From contig OX597840.1 in assembly GCA_951406725.2 (NCBI GenBank), forward strand, positions 37,262,001 to 37,326,000: 64,000 bases of DNA, in the 5' to 3' direction. Under the pieces are notes generated by a model. It saw only the letters and a program-made list of their open reading frames with translations. It was not told the origin of the DNA and ran no database searches. The position numbers were made by a program, and so were the translations under genes. The stretch's first letter is position 1. Every line of letters starts with the position of its first letter. Origin of the DNA: Octopus vulgaris. Lineage: Eukaryota. Positions 53,805 through 64,000 of the stretch are shown here, piece after piece.

Positions 53805-55061
53805 GAATGTACACACACACACACACACACTTACATATATATATATATCAACCAGCAAGCAACTAACATTTCAGATATTCTCGAAACTAAAATTCAAAAC
53901 CCTAAAATATCACCAAAAACCATAGGAGAAAATATTAAAACGTATTACATTTTATGAAGCTAATTTTTACATCTTTCGACTTCATCCTACAAGTAGACCG
54001 CACCGCCGCCGCCGAAAACACCACCGCCACCACCAGCAACGGCATTAAGTAGAACACCTGGTTCAGTAAAAGTCTGCATAAAACTTTTGGTGACATCAAG
54101 GAAATAATAAATGACAACAGTTTATCAAATAATCTATGAATAATATATTACCTAATGCTTTATTTGCTATGAGAGATGAACAACAAATGACAGTATCTCT
54201 GGATACTCAGGCAAAACTGTATGTCTAGGCAGACGCAAGATGCTCTTGTTTGATAAATATTGAGCATCGTGAAGCAAAAGAAAATGGAGGATCTACGAGA
54301 CAAGCTTCGATCCTGTTCTGGAATATTATCAGGTATTCATTAGCGTGGTTTTATAAGCAGTGAATGCGGTGAGGGCTTAACAAGGCAACCAGGGTACTAA
54401 CTCACTGATGAAATCCGAACACAAGAATGGAACGACGTTGATTGGTATTTTCTTGAAAATGCTGAACGCGTATACAAAGCTAGTACGTCTCTCTATAGAG
54501 TATTGGTTAAAAATCTTTGGAAATATTCTTCAGAATATTATAGTATTGATAGAAAAGAATTATATAGCAAAGATATATAATATACGTAAGTACAGTAAGA
54601 ATATTTATAAATTCATCTAATTAACTGGAAAGTGAAATTTGCTGGAAAGTGAAATGGCAGGAGTCGGCTGTATGTGTGTGTGTGTATATACATTATATAT
54701 ACATATGTATATACACACGCATATAAAGATATACTCATATAATTAATCTATACACACGTAAAAATATACTGTTTTTTTATGCCCTAAGGATAACACATCT
54801 TAGAACAGAATGGATTAATAAGGGGAAAGAGTTCACACGGAAACGAGAAGCGATGCTGAAGTGGTCAGAGATGTGCAACGAAAGATTTCCGTACAATGGC
54901 CATGAGTTAAAATATAAGAAAAATAAGAACAGTAATAAAAGAGTGTACTATATAAGTGCGTGTTTGTTTCGTAAAAAAAATAAAGTCCCTCCCAAACTAC
55001 AATAATATATGTTTCAACACGCGATTTCACATCAGAAATCATGCAACACAAATTGATAAAC

Positions 55062-55096
<35 letters not shown>

Positions 55097-55097
<1 letters not shown>

Positions 55098-55300
55098 GAG
55101 CAAAACGCCCCGCGTCCAATGGTTGGTGCTGAGTTGTCAAATATTTAAACCAAATTTTCACAAAACGACTTGTCCGACCGTCCCATTGGTCTCCCCTTTG
55201 AGAAATACTGATTTAACCTAAATTTGAGACCCCAGCAAAAGAAGAAATAAAGGTAGACTTTTTTTCTATTTCAAAGAAAAACGATTTCCCACGGCTTTAT
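55097..55300 (-). mobile_element. Helitron-like element, partial copy of 61331-61732
   Basis: Shared block gtgctgagttgtcaaa...ctgatttaacctaaatttgagaccccagcaaaagaagaaataaag. Confidence 0.7.
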
Positions 55301-55983
55301 CGTAAGATACTCGGAGTTGTAAAAGGTATACTGAGAGATAAAAGGTTGAGTATGAAAGCAAAAGGAGTTGTGTACGATGGCTTACATTGGGCAGACAATG
55401 TTCTATGGTGCAGAGACGTGGGGTCTGAGATATGTGGAAAGGAGGTGACTAGATGTGTGTGAGATGATATGTTTGAGGGTTATGGTTGGTGTGACACGGT
55501 TGGAAAGGATGAGGAATGAGGAGGTGCGAAGGCGAGCAGGAATGAGAGAAAATGTAATAAATATAATGGATAGACGAATGTTGAGGTGGTTTGGTCAAAT
55601 GGAAAGGATGGAGGAGGAGCGGATGGTAAGGAGGTGATGAAGGCAGAAGTGGTAGGAAGCAAAACCAGAGGCGGAACTCGATTTGTGTGGATGGGTGGAG
55701 AGGAGAAAAAGCTTTGGTGGTTAAAGGTGTTGGAGTTAGAGAGGAGAGAGGTTATAAATTGGAATGTTTGTGGACGGATGAGTGAATTGATGCTGCACAA
55801 AGGGATACGGAACCATCATGATGCGGCGGGGGTTAAGCCAGCATATGCTGTCGGGTCCCGCTGCTCATATCAGGGGTTGCTTTCTATGCCTTGAGCCGAG
55901 CATAGGACGCGAAATGAATGGAATGCCTGATATGTGTCATGTCGTGCCTACCCCTACCAAAAATAATGGGGTATAGGCCTGGG
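55301..55983 (+). mobile_element. RTE-clade LINE 3' fragment
   Basis: MFYGAETW, EMICLRVMVGVTRLERMRNEEVRRRAG, MLRWFGQMERM. Confidence 0.9.
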
Positions 55984-56008
55984 TATATATATATATATAT
56001 TATTTAAT

Positions 56009-56367
56009 ACGGCGGGCTTCTTTTAGTTTCCGTCTATCAAATCCACTCACGAGGCTTTGGTCGCTCCGACGCTATAGACGACACTTATCCAAGGAGCCAC
56101 GCAGTGAGGCTGAACCCGGAACCATGTGGGTGGTAAGCAAGCTACATATCCATATATATACACACATATATTTATACATATATATATATATATATTCCTT
56201 TATATTTTTCAATCATTTGACTGCGGTCATGCTGGAGCAGCGCCTTTAGTCGAACAAATCAACCCCAGGACTTAATCTTTGTAAGCCTAGTACTTACTCT
56301 ATCGGTTCTTTTACTGGGACGTAAACACACCACCATCGGTTGTCAAGCGATGAGGGCGGGGACAGGT

Positions 56368-56398
<31 letters not shown>

Positions 56399-56595
56399 CA
56401 CATATATATATATATATCTATATATATATATACTACGAGCATCTTTCAGCTTCCGTTCACCAAATCCACCTACAAGGCTTTGGTGGTCCCGGGGTTATAG
56501 TGGAAGACACTTGCTCAAGGTGCCACGCAGTGGGTCTGAACCCAGAACCATGTGGTTGGTTAGGAAGCTACTTACCACAGAGTTACTCCAGCTCC
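56009..56595 (-). mobile_element. Two adjacent SINE family C copies (56009-56145 partial; 56200-56595)
   Basis: Match to 47901-48321. Confidence 0.85.
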
Positions 56596-59500
56596 TAAAC
56601 TACACATAAATACATATATACACTCGCACATACACAAATACATATATACACGTGTATGCGAATGATTATTATTTGCGTGCGTATGTTTATGTGTGCGCAC
56701 GCGTCAGTGTTTATGTCTCTGGCGGCGGCGTATAGAGGTTTATACATTGTGAAAATCTCATAAATATACTTTGCGGCCATAAATATTTAAATTACAGTGT
56801 GTTGAACAACTCCCATGTTTCAAGAAATGAAATAACAACTGTCAAGAGACACAGATATATCATTATTTATACGTAGTTTTGGTATTTTATATTCCAAACG
56901 TCCATCTCTGATTACCTCCTATGACAACTATCATATATCAAGAGGTAGGGCGTTGCAACGGAGCACCGTCAGTTGTGACGAAGACATTAAGACAAAACCA
57001 GGCGTAATGTAATGGAAATGTTGTCCTTTGCTCTCTTGTTTTAGTTCGGCATTCAATCGAAAATACATAAATTTCATACGTACATAATTACATACATACC
57101 CACACACTTTAATGCTTATATATGAATCTGTATATATTTTTACGGATGTTTTCTTGTATTTTAAGAGAGCGGAAAAAAAAAAGATCGCGCTTATGAACGA
57201 TTATCTGTTTGAGGTTAGAGGAAGTGAAGGTGTTACCCTCAAACCGAGAAGCTGGCTTCATTACTTGCAAGAAATTGAACACTGCTAAAGGTGATCAATG
57301 ATCAGGGGACAATGGGGAAATATGGAAGTGAATGAAATATACGTATGTGGGCATGTTTTTCTACTTGTATACATACCTATCTATCCATCTATGTGTATAT
57401 ATATATATATATATATGTATGTATTTAACCATCTATACCTTCATCTATATAAAATATAGCTATATGCAGTGCATACATACATAATATGTATCATACATAC
57501 ACATACACGCGCATATATACATTTACATATATATATATGCACAAACGTATGTGTGTGTATGTACATATGTACATATATATATGTACAGACACACATGTGT
57601 GTATATATATATATATATCTTATAGATATATATCTTATAGATATATATACACACACATGTGTACGTATGAATATATATATATATATACATATCTTATAGA
57701 TATATATACACACACGTGTATATGTACATATGCATATATATATATATACATATATATACACGCACATGCGAGTGTGTACATATGTATATATGTACACAAA
57801 CGTGTGTGTGTGTGTATATACATATATATATATAATTGTGTATATATATGTATATATACACACACACATACCTTTACTCATACATATGTACATATACATG
57901 CATATACTTACATATACATACATTATATAGAAGCACGTACATTTACACATATTTGACTGCGTGTGCATCTGTGTCTGTGTGTAGATAAGGTAGGGTGGGT
58001 ACAAAATATCGCATGAGACGTAAAATGACAAACATTGAATGCTTTTGATCTGTCGAATGTCAAGCATGCGTAGTCATGACTTTAGATCTGAGCATGTCAA
58101 CCATGAGAACCAAAGATAGAAAATATCAAACACGTGAACCCTCAAGAAAATTCTCAGCAAAAGGTGTCTTTCTTTTATCTCGACTGCAAAGAACTTGATA
58201 AGTTACAGAATGGTTGCAAAAATTTTTTTAAAATGATAAATAAAAACTAAAAAAAAAAACGGAAACAAAAATGTTATTCTTTATGGGTGGAGGACGAAAT
58301 GCGACTCTGTAGGAAGTTTAACCAATAATAATTCTTTGAATCGCTGAAAAATTTTATCTTGAATTTTCATCAGAATATGTAAAACCAATAAGTGGTACAT
58401 TATTTTTATTATATATATCACATATCTGAATTTAGCGACATATATCCATATTTGTCGATGTGAAACACATATATTGCGACCGTTTAGCAGGTATATACAC
58501 ACTTTCTGAATGTTTTGTGTGGCATAAAGTTCCAAACAATGGTGTTTCTTTTAGCAGAGCACTCCCTAGCAACTATTCAAGATTGGAACCAAGATTTGTC
58601 TGTATACACGTCCAACCTCACCACGCACACACAGACGAACACACGCACACACACATATATTTGTAAGTATATAGAATATAGTTATCGTAATGATTAATCC
58701 TTGGTATTAAAGAAGATCCGGTGGTCGCACAATTGCTCAATATTTATATATGGAGCGCACGTTATGTTTCCATTCTATTGAACGGATTCGGTAATTGTAT
58801 ATTTGGAAGCTGTTAGGTCCTAATCAAATAGGACTTCTTCAGGGACAAAGAGAAATTTTGTACATTGGTATAAAGTGGGTGTTATAAATTTCAAGAATCC
58901 ATGCCTAGCATGGAAATAGTTTCTATGCATGCTTATAACTGCTTTATATTTTATATTTTAACATTCTCTAGCATAGCTTTAGGCACGTACTGCTCTCTTA
59001 ATGTATATACATAACGTATATAGAAATACGTACGTGTTTCGTATGTGTGTGTGTGCATGTATATTTGTTTGAAGCATTGCGATGCGTGAGCAAAATGGTG
59101 AGTTTCAATAAATCCCTATGGCAATCCGAGAGAAGAATAAAATGGATTGAAATACGGCGTTGCCAACAAATGAGAATTATGAAGAAATGTCTAAAAATTC
59201 CGTTTTTAACATTCTAATATTTCGGGATAAAAATTCCCTTCAGGTTGAGTGAGAGGAGTTCTCCGATGTGTCAGTTCGTAACCAGATCGATCTATCTTCT
59301 GATTGAAAATTATTTTTCGTATCATTGAACAGCTTAGAGATTTAATGTTAATGAAGAAACGGGTTAAACGGGTGGCCAGGTACTGTGTAGCAGCATATTG
59401 TGGGTTTCATGGTAAGGAATGAGGATTTCCATGTTTGGGCCAATCGGTCAGATAATTCACAAGAGATTTTTTTAATCCTGAAGTATTGGAATATTAAAAC

Positions 59501-59680
59501 GGAATTGTTTAGACATCTCTACATCTCCGTCTTTTATACATTTGCAACGTCATATTTTATTGCATTTCATTCCTCTCACACACACACACACACACACACA
59601 CATAGTTCTCGCTAAATATATGTGTTTCTTTGCATGTATATTCAGATGTATATATTTAAGTAGGTACTTGAAGAACTTAC

Positions 59681-59813
59681 CTTAATAATTCCGTGCCATA
59701 CTATGTATAATGAGTAGATCCAATCCGCAGTTCCAAATATTTAAGATTATTATTATTATTACTATTAAAATTAATATTTTAATTGTAAAATGTAATTTTC
59801 ACATGGTAATTGC
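59681..59813 (-). other. Candidate 133-nt non-coding (5'UTR or lncRNA) exon
   Basis: Branch-like CTAAT (59850-59846), tttttcccatcttttttctcttttcAG|G acceptor, AAG|GTAAGT donor; stops in all three frames. Confidence 0.65.
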
Positions 59814-60049
59814 CTGAAAAGAGAAAAAAGATGGGAAAAACCATAATTAGTTTTCAAGAAAATATCCAGATGTAACGTAAGTAAAGGAAATACATTTAAT
59901 TATTCTGCATGATGGAAAGACGATTTTTTTTCTTTCTTGGCTAGATGATTTTAGACTTCGGCAGTGGCGAATTGTGGCAAGGAATTTGGTTTCGGCGGAT
60001 CGGGGTGGGTGCTCTTTTATCTAAAATACTTATTTACAATTATGCAGTA

Positions 60050-60850
60050 GCAATGATGGGAAATGTGATGGAATCGTGAAAGAAAGATTGGATGTTGGTG
60101 GATATTAGATGCAAACTGTGAGATTTTCAGACAATCAGACAATGGTAGCAAAGGCAGAGGAATGTTTGCAAACCATCATGACATGTCAGATTGTAGTTGA
60201 AGTAGTTGAAGGATTCAAGATGAGAATATACCAGAAAAAAGAAAAGGAATGAGAATTGGAAAGAGAAGAGAATCTACGAATCAACATCAACGCAAGTCAA
60301 TTATAGCAGATTCAATTCTTGAAATACCTTGAAAGCCGACTAATTGAGGATGGGAGAAACGAGAGGGAAATCAGAGCAAGGAGCGATGTGGGGCAATTCA
60401 ACTCACGTAAAACACTACTCACCAAAGGCCTGAAGCATGACCAGAAGAAGAAGCTGGTGAGAACCCGAGAATGGAATGTTCTTCACCATGGCTCAGAAAC
60501 ACGAACTAGAAAGAATGTTGATACCTGGTGACTGGAGGGTTATGATATTTGGTTCTGGTAGGCGAATGAAGAAGATGCACTGGATGAATGATGTGAGCAA
60601 AGAAGGTGTGCTTAGGGGAGTTGGATAGAATCGGTGTTTGATAAATACCAACAGGAGAAAGAAAGGTAGGACATTTATGGGGAGAGAAAGGCTCCGGAGG
60701 ACAGTGATGGAGGGGAGAAGGCCGAGACGGCGAAGTAGGGTGATGATGATGATGGAAGATCTCAAGCAGATGCAGAAGAGGATAGAACAGGTTAGAGATT
60801 GCTGGAAAAGGTTCACAGGACCTGCCCAAGACCTGTTCACTATTAGATTA
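60050..60850 (+). mobile_element. RTE-clade LINE reverse transcriptase / C-terminal remnant
   Basis: VRFSDNQTMVA..EECLQ (cf. RFADD), KYLES...EDGRNEREIRAR, VLHHGSET, VMEGRRPR.R. Confidence 0.85.
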
Positions 60851-60851
60851 G

Positions 60852-60899
<48 letters not shown>

Positions 60900-61330
60900 A
60901 TGATGACGACAAAGTATTGTGATGATGATGATGAAGGAGAAGAAGAATATTTACAACTACATTATCTGATGTGTATTTCTTTTAAATTGAAGTGTTGAGT
61001 GAAAGAGGTTTAATTGTTTGTTGAAGTTCGAACAGTCGTATAGAAGTTCCCTATTTTGTTGGTGTTGTTGTTTAGTGCTGTTCAGGCTGACACAAAATTC
61101 TAAAATATTTCAGTTATAAATATTTCTTCATTTTTAGGGGTCATAATAGGACTGGAATGTACTACGCACCTTTACCTTATCTAAAGCGTGAGAATGTGAT
61201 TTGTGGTGTATTTGGCCCGCATGTCGAGTGAATCCAGTGACAGTAGATAAGCCCCATGTTCTATTAATTTTCAATGTTTGTGCATGTTTTGATATACCTG
61301 CATATATATAGATGTGTGTATATGTATATA

Positions 61331-61732
61331 CGAGCAAAACGCTCCCCATCCAATGGACGGTGCTGAGTTGTCAAACATTTAAACCAAATTTTCTCCAAAC
61401 AACTTCTCCAACCGTCCCATACGCCTCGCCTTTGAGAAACACTGATTTAACCTAAATTTGAGACCCCAGCAAAAGAAGAAATAAAGATAGACTTTTTCGC
61501 GTGCGCGTAGTATCTATTGAAACTCCTGATGTACTTGCTCGTGCAAGTGCACGTTCCCACGGCTTTATCTGTCGCATTCTCACCTGGAATCGATTTTTGA
61601 AATTTTTCTAGACTTATACGCACCCTGATACCATCGGTATCTACATATCAAATTTAAGCGCAATCGGATGGAGGATGCCCAAGATCCTAGAAGACACACA
61701 CACATACAGACAGAACGAATTTTATACAATAG
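61331..61732 (-). mobile_element. Non-autonomous Helitron-like element
   Basis: Subterminal hairpin (cc.tccaatggacgg) beside an a|cgag terminus; ctgtctgtatgtgtgtg tract near the other end, as in 18335-18693. Confidence 0.7.
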
Positions 61733-62338
61733 TTGTATGTATCTCCATTTGAGTGTATGTGTATGTCCATGTGTTTGTGTTTGTATGTGTGTTTTACCTG
61801 TGATACTCTGGATGCAATAACGACCGGGTATAAGCACCAGGCCGTGCTGATTATTCCAAGTCGTTAACGAACTAACTTATTGCCGTGAAGTTACAACATT
61901 ATTCTAATATCAACTCGCGTTTTGCTATTCATTTTAAAATGGATTGAATCGAAAAACAAAATTTCAGAACCCTCATCGTCCCCCGCATGATCCCCGCTTC
62001 ATCGCAGTTTTGTCACTGGCTTAAAACAACGCGGCTCTGTCTACGTTTGAAATATATAGATTCGGTATTCATTTCTGGCGATCAAAGGACACCTTTGATA
62101 ACCCCGGCTCTGCATAGTCGTGCTGACCTCTGGTTAAACAGTTACCAAAACCAAATATATTAACGACATGATTTGATCTAAAAGGTCAATGCAAAAACAA
62201 ATATTTAAACAACTATCAAACGCTAGAAATTGTAGAAACTAGACGATATTCACCGATATCGTTTTTATCAATGAAAGAACATTGTTTCACTGTATTGATT
62301 CAGTTTAGACGAGGAAAAGTCTTTCTCTTAAATCTCAC

Positions 62339-62391
<53 letters not shown>

Positions 62392-62769
62392 TGCTGTCCG
62401 TCTCTGTCTGAGGCGCGCACATACGCTGACACACAATTTTCTACGTGCAAATGTGTGGGTGTATTTGGTCTCATTAAGATTACAGCTGCTATTTCCACAC
62501 ACACAAACACACGCACACACAGACAGACAGACACACACACACACACAGACACACACACACACACACATATATATATACATACAATATAAGTTACGGTCCA
62601 TTTGAAAACTTTCCAAACTACTTCGACACAAATGTTTAGGCCTCAGAGTAACAACTTTTCTGTTGTCGGGCAATTGAGAGAGAGAGAGGAAAGAGACAGG
62701 AGGGACACTCACATATACATGCACACTCACACACTCATATAGTCACGTGCGTGATCACACACCTATATA

Positions 62770-63093
62770 TACATACATATAGGTGCTCACACATCTATAT
62801 ATATATACATACATATAGGTGCTCACACATCTATATATATATATACATACATATAGGTGCTCACACATCTATATATATATACATACATATAGGTGCTCAC
62901 ACATCTATATATATATACATACATATAGGTGCTCACACATCTATATATATATATACATACATATAGGTGCTCACACATCTATATATATATATACATACAT
63001 ATAGGTGCTCACACATCTATATATATATATACATACATATAGGTGCTCACACATCTATATATATATATACATACATATAGGTGCTCACACATC

Positions 63094-63100
<7 letters not shown>
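62770..63100. repeat. Minisatellite, 9 copies of a 36-38-bp unit
   Basis: catacatataggtgctcacacatc(ta)n; ggtgctcac at 62782, 62818, 62856, 62892, 62928, 62966, 63004, 63042, 63080. Confidence 0.95.
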
Positions 63101-63134
<34 letters not shown>

Positions 63135-64000
63135 ATATATACATACACACACGTACGTTGAAGGAATTCAGAAATTAATTTTTGCAACTAACAGGTATAA
63201 AAGAAAGAAAGTGGAACCAATTATAATGAAAGAAAGGATATAAAATAACCATAATTGCAAGCAATCTGCAATTACTTTATAATTACTGCTTTAATTAATG
63301 AGTTTCATAACGATTTTAGAAAACACTTGGAACGCATTGTAATTAAAGTAAAAAAAAAAAAATTGAAGAGAAAACGCTGCGTTTTCTTTTTTTCGCCTTC
63401 ATAATTGAAAAAACAATTAATTTGCGTCTAAAATATATTTCTTTTATTCCTGTCAGTGTCTTTATTTGAGTTTTGCGTTGCTAAAAAATTTTTGGTAGGA
63501 CTTAGTGAAACAAACAACAATTTTGCTTCGATAATTACACGTATTATATAAATGTTATATGCCCCCTAAACAGAACAAGAGCGTTCGTCGAGCGAATACG
63601 TCATATTAACAGTGACACAATGATCATGTGATCAAACTTTTCTTCTTCTATTATTAAATATAAATATTCTGAAACTTTCATTATTTCTCGGTTGAACTAA
63701 TCCATTAGCAAATAATGTGATGCAATCAGCTCCCTTCAGCTGGGTAATGTCACGTAATTTTCTTCTTCAGTGTTGACAGATTGTTCTTTTATATGAATTA
63801 AATACTTGCTGATGTACCTTATTATTGCCTTCGAAAATAATTGTTTATAGCACTGACAAATCCGTTTTCTTAATTGAAATATTTGTGGCATATTTAATTT
63901 GTGTTCGCAGCATCTGAATCGCCCTTTCTCTTTCCCCTAACCTTTGATCCATTGTTTAAAGGTCGTAGAGCGATTTTCGAGAGCATTTTATCCAGAGTTC

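Noticed and set aside
61575-61600. Minus-strand ttccAG|GTGAGA
   Set aside because: Inside a Helitron-like repeat and lacks a polypyrimidine tract.
62770-63100. CRISPR-like regular array
   Set aside because: No unique spacers; it is a plain tandem repeat in eukaryotic DNA.
867-63243. Many ORFs rich in IY/HT/CV/RE dipeptides (e.g. 38347-39228, 30076-30672, 57441-58067)
   Set aside because: Translations of (TA)n, (CA)n and (GA)n microsatellites, which lack stop codons.

Overview
AT-rich animal genomic DNA packed with microsatellites, most likely a coleoid cephalopod (Octopus). That assignment is an inference from the tRNA-derived SINE families and the TA/CA/TAA repeat load. No intact protein-coding gene can be supported: the listed ORFs are microsatellite translations or decayed transposon fragments. 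Mobile elements include three SINE families, remnants of mariner/Tc1, CR1, RTE, R4/Dong, Hero and Tx1-like elements, non-autonomous Helitrons, an LTR, Penelope-type hammerhead motifs and several large palindromes next to (TA)n tracts. The best splice signals all lie on the minus strand, suggesting the window is intronic/5'UTR of one very long transcription unit. These are a 133-nt non-coding exon (59681-59813), a 15-nt microexon candidate (31689-31703) and AG|GT recursive-splice-site candidates (3918/3919 with a 101-nt RS-exon, and a weaker one at 47789/47790). The two top leads are recursive splicing in a cephalopod giant intron and a hammerhead-ribozyme core in a non-canonical strand order in the 3' UTR of a Hero-clade LINE (41549-41628). 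All calls were made by eye and need computational and experimental confirmation.
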